Positions 13,436 to 24,493 of a DNA stretch of 64,000 bases are shown one piece after another; position 1 is the stretch's first letter; every line of letters begins with the position of its first letter. The translations under genes were made by a program, and so were the position numbers. The stretch comes from Eledone cirrhosa (lineage: Eukaryota): NCBI GenBank assembly GCA_964016885.1, contig OZ024740.1, positions 77,500,001-77,564,000 on the forward strand. The letters are read 5' to 3'. The notes under the pieces are model-generated. The model was not told the origin of the DNA. It saw only the letters and a program-made list of their open reading frames with translations, and ran no database searches.

Positions 13436-15170
13436 TTATATATTGGGTTTAAAGTTTGGGAAGGAGTGCCGGAAGCGGTGCTGGCACGTCGCGAACACTT
13501 TCGATTTTTTTATTAAGGAGGTTGTGGTTTGAGAAGATTATAGTATGGGTCTCTAGTAGACAGAGGTTACAGAATTTATTAGGTGGTTTGTACGATGCCG
13601 CCTTACCTATCACATCCCATTTAAGAGTATAAGATCTATTTTTACTTTTTAGATAGTGTATGAAGCTAGATAGTGAAGTGGAGTTGGCTAGACTGTGTTT
13701 TTTGAAAGAATGGAGGTGTGAATTGTATCTGGTTTTGAAGCAGTTCGAAGTAGAGCCTATATAGGTTTCAGAAGAGTTGCTAGTTATGACGGTGCATGAG
13801 TATATGATGTCCTTGATTAAGCAGTTTTTATCTAAAGGGCATGTGCTATTAGATCTACAGTTACAATTATTTTGGATGTTAACCTGCCGGTTATTATGTT
13901 GTGTAGAAGTCTGGTTGCTAGTTATTGCATTATGGCTATGGGGATTGTCGCTCCCAGCGTTATTGCTTACTATTATTACTATTGATATCAGGGTTTGCAG
14001 ATATAACGTTGTTTTGAAGGTTTACCCCCTGCCGTGTTTTAGTTTGTTGGAAGTAAGTATTATTTTTTCTTGTATTGCTACTAGCTATGTGGTATGCTAT
14101 GTTAGGCGTGGTAGAGTAGGAGATTTTAATTGTGTTTTTGTTTATATGACTATGGTACTTGTGGCCAGATGGGAAGTTTTTATCCAGGAGTGAGAAGAAA
14201 GCCTTAGGTAGGTAGAGACGTTTAGATTGAAAGGTGGGTTGAAAAATGTATTATTTCTTCTTCTATTTTTGTTTTTTATGTCTGATGAGATGCTTCCGTT
14301 TATGGTATTTTGGTGACTTCCCTGGTGTGGGTTACGTTTGCTGTCACCCTTCGTACTAGTGTGTGTGTGGTTATTATTCTTATTACTATTTTTCCTCATG
14401 GACATATTATGCGAAATAATGTTGTAACTATGTGTTTTTGTAGGTAGGAACTCGATCTCATTATTATGGCCTGATCTAGCTAATGCCTGATTATAATATT
14501 GTGAGTTTTTGCTAAATATGTTTTCGTCATAAGATAGATTAGAGATTCTATTGGATATTCCCTTAGAGATAGAGTTTAATATTGATCTAGGGTGGTTAGA
14601 CTTGGTATCTACGTAAATCAGTTTTTCGTTAGGTTTATGGAATGGTGTATATATCCTACAGTCTAGGTAGAGGGTGGCATCTAGGAAGTTAACGTTTTTA
14701 GTGTTTTTGTCTATGGTGATACTTAGGTTATAGTTTTTGAAAGTCTTGTGCAATAGTTTTCTAGTTCTTTCTATATTAATTTTTTTATAGTCTATAAGGA
14801 GAAGTGCATCATCGCGGTACAAACCACCGTTGAGGTATGGAAGATCCTTATGGATTTCGTTTAGTAAGTATAGGCCCACCAAATCAGTGACCTGCGCCGT
14901 GTCACTAGATCCCATGGTTATGTCGAAGTTGTTTTGCGTATCATTGCGGGTCCATAACTGGTCTTCAAAAGTGATTACGGTTTTACGGGCCGCAAGTATA
15001 ACATCAATCTGGGGTCTAGTCAGGTCACTATTGTTCATGGCCATAATTAGTGCCTTATTTAATAAAATAGGGGAAATAGAGGTGTAGTATGAATTGATAT
15101 CAAATTGAATAAATTTGTTATCTTTGTTTTCCTTGGTATCCTTAAACCATTCAATAACTTTAGGGTTTAA
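13436..15170 (-). pseudogene. Penelope-like retroelement RT + C-terminal GIY-YIG endonuclease, 5'-truncated and frameshifted
   Basis: RT motifs FIQFDINSYYTSI, FDITMGS, GGLYRDD, VNFLD, SNHP, FNPPF in ORF 14142-15437. Manual translation downstream in other frames gives LLDKNFP..KISYS, CPLDKNCLIKDIIYSC..ETYIGST..FKTRYNSH, CNLCLLE, LLNKK/SKVFATCQH, stop at 13436. Frameshifts near 14205 and 13505. Confidence 0.9.
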
Positions 15171-15233
15171 AATATATATAACTATAAAAAGTTTTAGTAT
15201 ATACATAACCATAAATAGTATCCTTAATATTAT

Positions 15234-15345
<112 letters not shown>

Positions 15346-15393
15346 TGTGTGTGTGTGTGTGTATGTGTGTGTGTGTGCATATATATATATATA

Positions 15394-15558
15394 TAACAAA
15401 GAAATTGTGGTAAGAAACCAGGTGGACCATAACGCACCAGAGTACTCGATACTTAGGGTAGTAGAGTGGGTAACAGGAAAAGAGCCAGGACCCCGACGGC
15501 TGAGCGCCGGCCGTTTCGACAGCTAGATCCGTTCGGATCTAGCTGTCGAACGCGTCAA
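15394..15558 (-). mobile_element. F1 element copy with terminal hairpin
   Basis: Matches 59-140; hairpin TTCGACAGCTAGATCC-gttc-GGATCTAGCTGTCGAA; minus strand has GAAA-CGGCCG. Confidence 0.7.
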
Positions 15559-15580
15559 GAAACAATCCCTCTTTTATCTG

Positions 15581-15663
15581 TCTCTTGATAAGCCCTATCA
15601 ACCACACAGCGATGATGCATTTTTATAGTGCAGAAAACGGATTCGGCGAAACTGGAGTCGGGA
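15581..15663 (+). ncRNA. Type I hammerhead motif, U3-A8 variant, long stem II insert (copy 1)
   Basis: TCTC-TTGATAA-GCC..GGC-GAAA-CTGGAG-TC-GGGA. Confidence 0.55.
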
Positions 15664-16137
15664 ATTTGAAGAAAAAATAGGTATATTTTTGTGTATTATT
15701 TCCTCGTATTTTTAATTTGATAAATAACTCTGATTATCGAGTTATTTTAATTATTTTGATTATTTTAACTCTTTCGGTCATCGAACAAAACTTGTTAAGG
15801 CGGACACCACACACACACACACACACACATATACATAGAAATATGTGTGTGTATATCATTATTATATTGTCCCAAACTCCCCTATGGTCGAGTTAACCAG
15901 GCGTGTACTAACTGCTTTTTCTAGCAAATACGTTACTCGCTCACTGTCCACATTTACTACCCTTCTGTGACCACTGTATCACGTGTTAATTGCTCCCTCT
16001 GCCTTGCGAGAATTTTTCACTTGCTACGAGAGAAAGTCCTTTTTTTTACCACTGTATCACGTGTTAATTCCTCCCTCCGCCTCTCTCGAATTTCTCACTT
16101 GCTACGAATGCGCGAATAAATAGACCTTTTTTAAGGG

Positions 16138-16230
16138 GTTTCTTGATAAGCCCTATCGACTTCACAGCGATGATGCATTTTTATAGTGTAGATATCGTTG
16201 CATACAGATCGGCGAAACTGCAGTCGGGAC
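16138..16230 (+). ncRNA. Type I hammerhead motif, U3-A8 variant, long stem II insert (copy 2)
   Basis: GTTTC-TTGATAA-GCC..(CAGCGAT/ATCGTTG inner helix)..GGC-GAAA-CTGCAG-TC-GGGAC; palindromic stem III, GUC site; within a direct repeat of 15581-15722. Confidence 0.65.
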
Positions 16231-16342
16231 TTTGAAGAAAAAATAAGGATATTTTGTATACTATTTCCTAGCATTTTAATTTGATATATATGTGTGTGCG
16301 TGTATGTGTGTGTGTGTGTGTGTATGTGTGTGTGTATGTGTA

Positions 16343-16432
<90 letters not shown>

Positions 16433-16434
<2 letters not shown>

Positions 16435-16598
16435 GTATTTCCCGGCGTCAAAGACACTATTTTTTCCCTAAATTAAGTCTCAAAAATTTACCATGGTCCT
16501 GGAGGTCGAAGGATGTTTATTATTTTTTTCAAATTTTTGGTTGTCAAAATTAGGGTGCGTCCTCTAGGACGAAGCGTCTTGGGCGCCGGGAAATACGG
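16433..16598. mobile_element. MITE, Tc1/mariner-pogo-like TIRs
   Basis: TIRs CGTATTTCCCGGCGTCAAAGAC / GTCTTGGGCGCCGGGAAATACG. Confidence 0.75.
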
Positions 16599-16614
16599 CA
16601 TGTATGTGTATATA

Positions 16615-16788
16615 CAGTTAAATTCCGTTATAACGAAATTCATTTGGTATTTAAAAAATTCGTTGTAACGAAAAAGTCTTTATAACGAGATCGACCTAAC
16701 ACATTGAGCGTGTGGCCGTGAATTGAAAAAATTTCGTTATACTGAAAAGTTCGTTATAATGATTTTCGTTATAACGGAATTTTACCTG
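16615..16788. mobile_element. MITE, Tigger/pogo-like, TA target duplication
   Basis: TA-CAGTTAAATTCCGTTATAACGAAA ... TTTCGTTATAACGGAATTTTACCTG-TA; internal CGTTATAACG subrepeats. Confidence 0.85.
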
Positions 16789-16889
16789 TATATATATATA
16801 TACATATATATGTGTGTATATGTGTTTATAGAGATAATAAGGTTTGAAAAATGCAATAACTGACCTTCTGGTTATTTAGAATGTTTCTA

Positions 16890-17180
16890 TATATATATGT
16901 GCCAAGTAATTTGATGATTATTTATATATTTTTGTTTACGTTTACCGGTTTCATCTGTGTTTACAGACTTTTCAAAAAGATTTTTGTTACAATCTGTCGA
17001 AAAATGTTTTTCTTTTAATAAATTCTTTAAATGTGTAAAAAAATTGAGTTTTGGTTGGAATTTACTTATGAAAAATCTGTTCTTATTTATATGTTTTTCC
17101 AGAGTAAAATTCTCACTAGGAATACAGCGAAGTTCAATTTTACTAGATAACAATGGGAGAATGTAAAGGCTCACATTCTC
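16890..17180 (-). mobile_element. 3' fragment of a second Penelope-like element (GIY-YIG C-terminus + hammerhead)
   Basis: ORF 16887-17174 contains RFFISKFQPKLN, resembling the FI.K..P.LN end of PLE GIY-YIG domains, followed by a hammerhead motif; ends in (TA)n. Confidence 0.55.
16939..16979 (-). ncRNA. Type I hammerhead motif, U3-A8 variant
   Basis: Minus: CTTT-TTGAAAA-GTCTGT(aaac)ACAGAT-GAAA-CCGG-TA-AACG. Confidence 0.65.
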
Positions 17181-17281
17181 GAGAACAAAATAAGACTAAC
17201 AGACATAACACAACATCAACACCACCCCACCACCAACAAACCCGCCACTACTACATAATCAAAAACATTGATACAAATAAT

Positions 17282-17496
17282 GTTTTCTAGTAGAGGCACA
17301 AGGCCAGTAATTTGGGGGTAGGGGAAAGTCGATTAAATCGACCCAGTGCATTGCTGGTACTTTATTTTATCGACCCCGTAAGGATGAAAGGCAAAGTTAA
17401 CCTCGGCGGGATTTGAACTCAGATCATAAAGGGCCGTAACTCTATGCGTCAAAGCATGGCGTCCGACCCTCTACCGATACTGCCAATGCACCGCCC
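17282..17496 (-). mobile_element. S1 SINE
   Basis: Reverse complement of the S1 consensus. Confidence 0.85.
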
Positions 17497-17825
17497 TACA
17501 TTAATTCAAATAATAGCAACACCACAAATAACAAAATCGACAGCAGCAACAACAACAACGATAGTAGTGACAAAAACAACAACTCAACAACGAAATCTTT
17601 TTCGGATATCGTGAGTCAAATACAAAAGTAATGTATCCATTCACACCGGACTCTGAATTGACTCAAGCCAAAGCAAACATAACATTTGAAAGAGGGAAAG
17701 GTTCTCTTATTTATGGTATGTTTCTTTTAGGCGCTGATAAGAGCTAGATCGAAGAAACATAGGATCAAAGGCATTCCAGCCATGACCATCTGTCTTTTAT
17801 AAAGGAGAGTGTATCGGGAAGATGG

Positions 17826-18148
17826 AAAGTACTCCGTCAGTTACGACAACGAGTGTTCCAGTTGATTCGATCAACAGAACAGCCAGCACGAGAAATTAAC
17901 ATGTAGGTGGCTGAGCATTCCACAGACACGCATACTCATACCGTAGTTCTCAGGGAGATTCAGCGTGACACAGAAAGTGACAAGGCTGACCCTTCGAATT
18001 ACAGGTACAACCCTTTTTTGCCATCTGAGTGGACTGGAACAACGTGAAATAAAGTCTTACTCAAGTACACAACGCACCGCCGGGAATCGAACTCACGAAG
18101 TTATGGTTGTGAGACGAATGCCGTAACCACAAAGCCAAGCGCCTTCAC
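17826..18148 (-). mobile_element. S2 SINE
   Basis: Similar to 6587-6872. Confidence 0.75.
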
Positions 18149-18570
18149 AGAGTGTATCTACGACTATATTATCTAAAATTCCCTCTTCATGTTCTTTTTA
18201 AGAGTATGCTTTGAGGAATATTGGACAGTTATTTCTAGCTGATCGAGTAACCACAATAAGTCTCGCTAATTTTCTTTAAAAACTTCCCTTCTTGGTCAAT
18301 TGCTTATACAGATTATTAGTCTCGCAAGGAATTCCTTTAAGGAGAACCAGCATTGGCGTTAATTAGACATCCTGCTTTTACATCAAATAATAAATTTGAA
18401 GAATTTTGAATATTTGGCGCATTTATTCATTGGCCTCAGATATTTTATTTATTTTAGCATTTCCTGTAAATATTTATTAAACCGAACCAATTTCACTGTT
18501 GCATTCATTAATAAGTAACGACGCTGAGGAAATGGCTATCAAACTGACAGAGAAGTCCTGCAGCAGTCGA

Positions 18571-18608
18571 CTACTACTACTACTACTACTACTACTACCA
18601 ACACGACG

Positions 18609-18642
<34 letters not shown>

Positions 18643-18988
18643 TTACTACTACTACTATCACCACCACCATTACTACTACTGCTGCTACTACTACTACTAC
18701 TACCACAACCACCACCACCACCACCACCATTACTACTATTACTACTACTACCACCACCACCACCACTAACTACTACTACTACTACTACTATTACTACTAC
18801 TAACACCACCTACACCATTAATACTACTACTACTACTATTACTACTACTACTACTATTACCACCATTACTATTACAACTACTACTACTACTACTACTACC
18901 ACCACGACCACTACTACTACTACTACCACCACCACCACTACTACTACTAATACTAACACCACTACTACGACCACCACTACTACCACCA
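18571..18988. repeat. (CTA/CCA)n compound trinucleotide repeat
   Basis: Direct inspection. Confidence 0.95.
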
Positions 18989-21900
18989 CGCTGGGACTGT
19001 GTGGGATTAGCGGATAGGGGTGGAGGGTGCAAGAGCCTCACCAACCTGCTCAGGCGTTTTGAACTGTCTGACAGGTACCGATTGGATTTCCCGAATGTGC
19101 CAATGTGGACTTGGACAAACCGCATAGGGTCATCCAGATCATATCTAGATAGAGTATTTTGTAGGGAAATAGATAGGTCTAGCATAGGCTGTCCACAATT
19201 CAAGATAGTCAGCTACACGGACCACAAATTCGTGATCTGTGTGCTTGACTTAGATAGGCTTCATAGACGAGGACCCGGCTACTGGAAGCTAAACGCGTCC
19301 TTACCAGCGCGCAAGGCCTACAGAGACCGGATTAGCGAACTAGTTAAGCGGGCGTTGACGGGGGCCATCGTCAACAACAAGTGGTGGTTTGCTCTGAAAA
19401 GAGCGATTAGAATAGAATCGATTAGATTTAGTAAGGCTTTAGCAATAGAGAAAAATAGAGCAGAGGGAGAACTAGTTAGAAAATTAGACGAGGCGCTTAG
19501 CAAAGGCATTGCGACCGACGTGCTTGCGGCGAAATTGGCCCTTGACCAATTCTTCAATGCAAAGAACGAAGGCTGCGTTGTCAGAGCAAGGGTGCGTGCT
19601 CTCAGACACGAGGGGACGAAAGCCGTTCAATGGGCCCGAGTGGCGGAGGCGCGTCGTGGCAACAAAGCCACGATCCGGTCTTTGGTGGACCACGACGGGC
19701 GCATGCTACTCGATCCCGGGCAAATGTGTGAAGCTTTTCAGCGACACTTCGCTCAGCTGTTCGGGGGCAGCGGTGGGCCGGGTAGAGGAATGGACTTTAG
19801 TGTCTACCTCGACGGACTGCCGCGGCTCTCGGCCACTGAGGCGAAGTGTTGCGAAAAGCCGATAACAGCCGCTGAAGTAAGGGAGGCAATGACTGGCTGC
19901 ACAAGGGGTAAATCGCCTGGTTTGGATGGTCTGCCCTATGAACTTTACGTACAGATGCCAGACTTGTTCGGAGGCCTCTTGGCGGACGTCTACTGCAACT
20001 GGCAACAGAACGGGAGAATTCCCAGTTCTGTGAGCCGAGGAGCGGTGGCACTGCTGAGAAAGGATCCGAACAAGGGGGATAACATAGAAAATTTCCGGCC
20101 CATAACTCTGCTAAACACAGAGTTTAAGATTTTGGCCAAGGTGCTAGCAAAGAGGTTGGCGCTTGTCGTTGGTGGTCTGGTGGGAGAGGCGCAGACATGC
20201 GCCATTCCCGACAGATCCATCCACGACAACCTCCACCTCATGCGATACATCGTAGAGAGGGTAGCTAGGGAACCTGGCACGGGTGGGTCCTTGATCAATT
20301 TAGATCAGTCGAAAGCTTTCGATAGGGTCGACCATCGTTACCTAGCGGCAGTCCTGAGGGCGGCTGGCTTTGGGCCCGTCTTCAGAGGCTGGATCGCTGC
20401 CATGCACAGCGACATCTGCTCTGTGGTGAGAGTGAACGGTCACCTGTCGGAACCGTTCAACATCATGCGCTCGGTCCGCCAAGGATGTCCCCTCTCGTCC
20501 CTCTTGTACGTATTGACTCTCGAGCCATTACTGCACAAACTGGAGACGTTGAGGGGGGTCCCGCGCGAACTAGGATGCGGAAGATCCGTGTCAGCATATG
20601 CGGACGATGTCACCGTAGTGGTGTCGAACGCCAAACACATCGAGGCGATCGGCACTACACTAAGAGAATACGAAGCGGTGACAGGAGCAATGATCAACCA
20701 GGAAAAGTCAGTGGGCCTGCAGCTCGGCACCTGGAGAGGCAGGTCCATGCCGTCCAACAGCGTCGTCGGGCGCTGGACGGACGGACCGGTTAAATTGCTA
20801 GGGGTCTGGTTCGGTCCGGACCTCCAGACGGACAAAAACTGGGACGAGGTGACGAGCAGGGTGGCTTCTCTCACCCAGAAATGGGCGGAGAGGAAGCTAT
20901 CCCTGAAAGGTCGAGCGGAGGTGGCTAACGCGTACATCGCGTCTGTCATCTGCTACCGCCTAACCGTCGTACCTTGTCCTAAGCCTCGCCTGACTGCGCT
21001 GGAGCGTTTGCTCTTTCGCTTTTTGTGGAAGGGACGTGCTCCGATGGTCAGGCGGTCCATCTGTTGTCAACACCCGCTACGTGGAGGGCTGGGCATGCCG
21101 TGGCTGATGATGCGCAGGCACGCGCTCAGGCTACGACATCTCCACCTCTTCCTCGACGGTGATCAGGTGTGGTCGCCGTTTGCTAGACGCGTTTTTCCCC
21201 AGCTCGTTTCCTTGACGGAGCTGCAGTCCTGGGTCAAGCGAAGACCGAGAGGGAGCGCCTGGAGACTGGAATGTCTTCAGGCGCTCACAGCCCTCGACCA
21301 ATCGGGCAATGTGATCGGTGGAAACTCCACCTCGGCGTTCTATAGAGGATTAGTGGAGGGGAAGAGCGACGACGTACTTGGGGAAACTCTAGGCGTCGAC
21401 GAAAATCAACTAGCCAACCTCTTCGGAAGAACTTTCGGGCCGGGGCCTATGGACAACTTCCAGAAATCTCTGGCCTGGCAGTGCTACCGAGGAGCCTTGC
21501 CAGTTCGGGATAAACTCTACAGGCATGGAGGTGCCGTCAGCCGGGCATGTCCGAGATGCGCGCAGGGCGACGAAACCGTCCTGCACGCACTCGTCCAGTG
21601 TCCGAAAATTGCTGACTTGTGGGTTTATGTCGAACACCTGCTGTCGCGTTTAGGACGGATCCAGCTATCATCTGAGTCTATCGTGAGGATTGCCCCGCCC
21701 TCCTCCTTTAGCCGGGAAGGGCAGGCAGTTTTTATCTGTCTGGTGGCCATGGCGAAAGAGATAGTATGGTGGACACGTTTGAAAGGGCTGAAGACGAGCA
21801 CTTACCTCTTCGGTGATGCTCTGATTGACTTTTTCAAATTTCATTTGAAAAGGAAAATCAGAGTAGAGAAGGAAGTGCTCTCTTCCCAGCATTTTGTTGA

Positions 21901-22230
21901 AAGATGGGTGAGAGAAGCAAGAATGGCCCGAGTGAATGGGCCGACTCTGAGTATATATCTGTAAACTAAAGGTGGAAAACTGGGAGAGGGCACTTGCCTT
22001 GGTGGTCAGGGTCATTGTGGCTTTTTACTGGGCTTTCTCCACAAATGTCCCTCCGAAGTCTCCCCCCTATTGGGGAATTTTTCATTGTTATTTTCATTGT
22101 TATTTTTGTTACATCCTCTGTTTTTGTTTTTTTACACGCAGAAATGCCCATTTGTACCGTCCTGCATTGTCCTGCACTGTCCTTAATGTCTACTTTATGT
22201 AAACCCTTGTGGTTAATAAAGAAATCATCA
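18989..22230 (+). mobile_element. L1/Tx1-like non-LTR retrotransposon, young 5'-truncated copy
   Basis: GC-rich body against an AT-rich background; 3' UTR with AATAAA (22215-22220) running into (ATT)n. Confidence 0.9.
19001..21964 (+). CDS. L1/Tx1-like LINE ORF2 (C-terminal part of AP endonuclease, RT, C-terminal zinc knuckle), 5'-truncated
   Basis: 987 open codons with WTW..SYLDRVF..TDHK (APE end), GPGYWKLN, KSPGLDG, FRPITLLN, DQSKAFDRV, VRQGCPLS, YADD, CPRC..ETVLHALVQC; no true start or ORF1. Confidence 0.93.
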   Translation: MGLADRGGGCKSLTNLLRRFELSDRYRLDFPNVPMWTWTNRIGSSRSYLDRVFCREIDRSSIGCPQFKIVSYTDHKFVICVLDLDRLHRRGPGYWKLNASLPARKAYRDRISELVKRALTGAIVNNKWWFALKRAIRIESIRFSKALAIEKNRAEGELVRKLDEALSKGIATDVLAAKLALDQFFNAKNEGCVVRARVRALRHEGTKAVQWARVAEARRGNKATIRSLVDHDGRMLLDPGQMCEAFQRHFAQLFGGSGGPGRGMDFSVYLDGLPRLSATEAKCCEKPITAAEVREAMTGCTRGKSPGLDGLPYELYVQMPDLFGGLLADVYCNWQQNGRIPSSVSRGAVALLRKDPNKGDNIENFRPITLLNTEFKILAKVLAKRLALVVGGLVGEAQTCAIPDRSIHDNLHLMRYIVERVAREPGTGGSLINLDQSKAFDRVDHRYLAAVLRAAGFGPVFRGWIAAMHSDICSVVRVNGHLSEPFNIMRSVRQGCPLSSLLYVLTLEPLLHKLETLRGVPRELGCGRSVSAYADDVTVVVSNAKHIEAIGTTLREYEAVTGAMINQEKSVGLQLGTWRGRSMPSNSVVGRWTDGPVKLLGVWFGPDLQTDKNWDEVTSRVASLTQKWAERKLSLKGRAEVANAYIASVICYRLTVVPCPKPRLTALERLLFRFLWKGRAPMVRRSICCQHPLRGGLGMPWLMMRRHALRLRHLHLFLDGDQVWSPFARRVFPQLVSLTELQSWVKRRPRGSAWRLECLQALTALDQSGNVIGGNSTSAFYRGLVEGKSDDVLGETLGVDENQLANLFGRTFGPGPMDNFQKSLAWQCYRGALPVRDKLYRHGGAVSRACPRCAQGDETVLHALVQCPKIADLWVYVEHLLSRLGRIQLSSESIVRIAPPSSFSREGQAVFICLVAMAKEIVWWTRLKGLKTSTYLFGDALIDFFKFHLKRKIRVEKEVLSSQHFVERWVREARMARVNGPTLSIYL

Positions 22231-22264
22231 TTATTCTTATTGTTATTATTATTATTATTATTAT

Positions 22265-22335
<71 letters not shown>

Positions 22336-22383
22336 ATGGTGGTGGTGGTAGTAGTAGTAGTAGTAATAGTAGTAGCAGCACAG

Positions 22384-22447
<64 letters not shown>

Positions 22448-22523
22448 CAGCAGCAACAGCAGCAGCAGCAGCAATAGTAGTAGTAGTAGTAGTAATAGTA
22501 GTAGTAGTAGTAGTAGCAGCAGT

Positions 22524-22615
<92 letters not shown>

Positions 22616-22616
22616 A

Positions 22617-22708
<92 letters not shown>

Positions 22709-22775
22709 CAGCAGCAGCAACAGCAGCAGCAGCAGTAGTAGTAGTAGTAGTAGTAGTGATGGTTGTGGTGGTGAT
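22231..22775. repeat. (TTA)n-(TAG/CAG)n compound repeat
   Basis: Direct inspection. Confidence 0.95.
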
Positions 22776-22829
22776 AAGAATTATTTCTTTACTGACCACC
22801 AGAGCCGAAACACAAAGTAAAATATAATA

Positions 22830-23525
22830 AAAACAGGGACAGTAAGAATTTAAATAAAACGTTTAAAAGAAGAAACACATGTAACAATTAACAATAAATA
22901 AATAACAAAAGAAACCCCAAATGGGGGGGGGGGGCATTTTCCAGGTGTAGTTTGGAAACCCCACAGATCCTAAACCACCCTAATCGTCAAGAGCACTCTC
23001 TCTCTCTCTCCTCCCTGAACTCTCAAGTCTTCAAGCGCATGCGCAGAGTAGAGCTATTCACGCGGGTCATCCTCACTGCATTCGCCCACCTTTTAACAAA
23101 TGTACTGGACGCTTATATTTCCCTCTCCACCCTTACTTTCCTTTCTAAGTGGAACTTTAAAACGTTAATGAGGGACTGGCCGAAGAGGTAAGTGTTTGTC
23201 TTCGGTCCTTTCATTCATACCCTTCACAAAATCTGTTTCATCCACCAGACAAAGGAAAACTGCCAGCCTTTCCCCGCCAAAAGAAGATGGTGGAGCGATC
23301 TTAAAGATAGATTCGGCCGAAAGCCGGATCCGTACCACACGTGACAATAGTTGTTCGACCAAACTCCATAAGTCAGTAATGCCCGGACACTGGTCAAGTG
23401 CCTGCAGAACGGTTTCGTCGCTCTGCGCGCATCTCGGACAAATCCGTCTGACAGCGCTTCCATGCCTGGAGAGTTTGTCTCGAAACGGTAGAGCCATCGG
23501 TAGTATTGTCAGGCCAAGGATTTCT
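22830..23525 (-). mobile_element. Diverged 3' fragment of a related L1/Tx1-like LINE
   Basis: Translation LPFRDKLSRHGSAVRRICPRCAQSDETVLQALDQCP aligns with the C-terminus of the 19001-21964 ORF. Confidence 0.85.
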
Positions 23526-23527
23526 GA

Positions 23528-23573
<46 letters not shown>

Positions 23574-24006
23574 ACGCGCGCACGTATATATGTATGTATG
23601 CATATATGTGCACGTTTGTTTGTATAGTCTTCATCAAAGTGTAACACCGAGGAATGTAAACAGCAACGAGAAAACCGAAAGTCAAGGCTCTCCGTGAGCA
23701 CACATTTTGATGTTTGTTCTGCACCTAACTACAGACTCTCCCCTGTCGCTATTCTATAACAAACTTCCTGTTGTTTATCAATTGCTATATAAATTAATAA
23801 ATTTGTCAGCATATTCTAGTATAATTAATTTATTTATATACTAACTGTGTATATATGTGTATACGATAGAGTCTTGCATATCAAAACTTTTCTTTACCTG
23901 ACAATATTTTTGCAGTCAAAAGACAGATTTTCCTTCTAGATGGGCTTAAAACCAACAAACAAGCCAGGGAAATAACTCCAATAAAATCAGCTTATCCACA
24001 CACACA

Positions 24007-24068
<62 letters not shown>

Positions 24069-24414
24069 CGTACGTATCTATGTATGTGGATCTGTATATA
24101 TGTAAATATGTATGTATTCATGTACATATATATGTAAGAATTGATGCACGTACTCATGTCGGCTCCTACGCGCGCGCGCGTGTGTGTGTGTGTGTGTATA
24201 TATGTATAAAGAGCAATCTATGTGGCTGAGAAAATGGTAAATCAAAGCATGGCAATGGCATCATCATAAGCCGATATCATTATCTCCATGGGATACCGGA
24301 ACTGTGTTCTTTCCCTGGGGACACAGATCGTTGATCAACACACCATGAGGCCATATATGACAGTAACATGGACAGGCACGAACGCAGTGTCTACACATAT
24401 CTCCTCTCACTCGG

Positions 24415-24493
<79 letters not shown>

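Noticed and set aside
19318-22015. Antisense and alternate-frame ORFs overlapping the LINE ORF2
   Set aside because: Expected shadows of a GC-rich coding frame.
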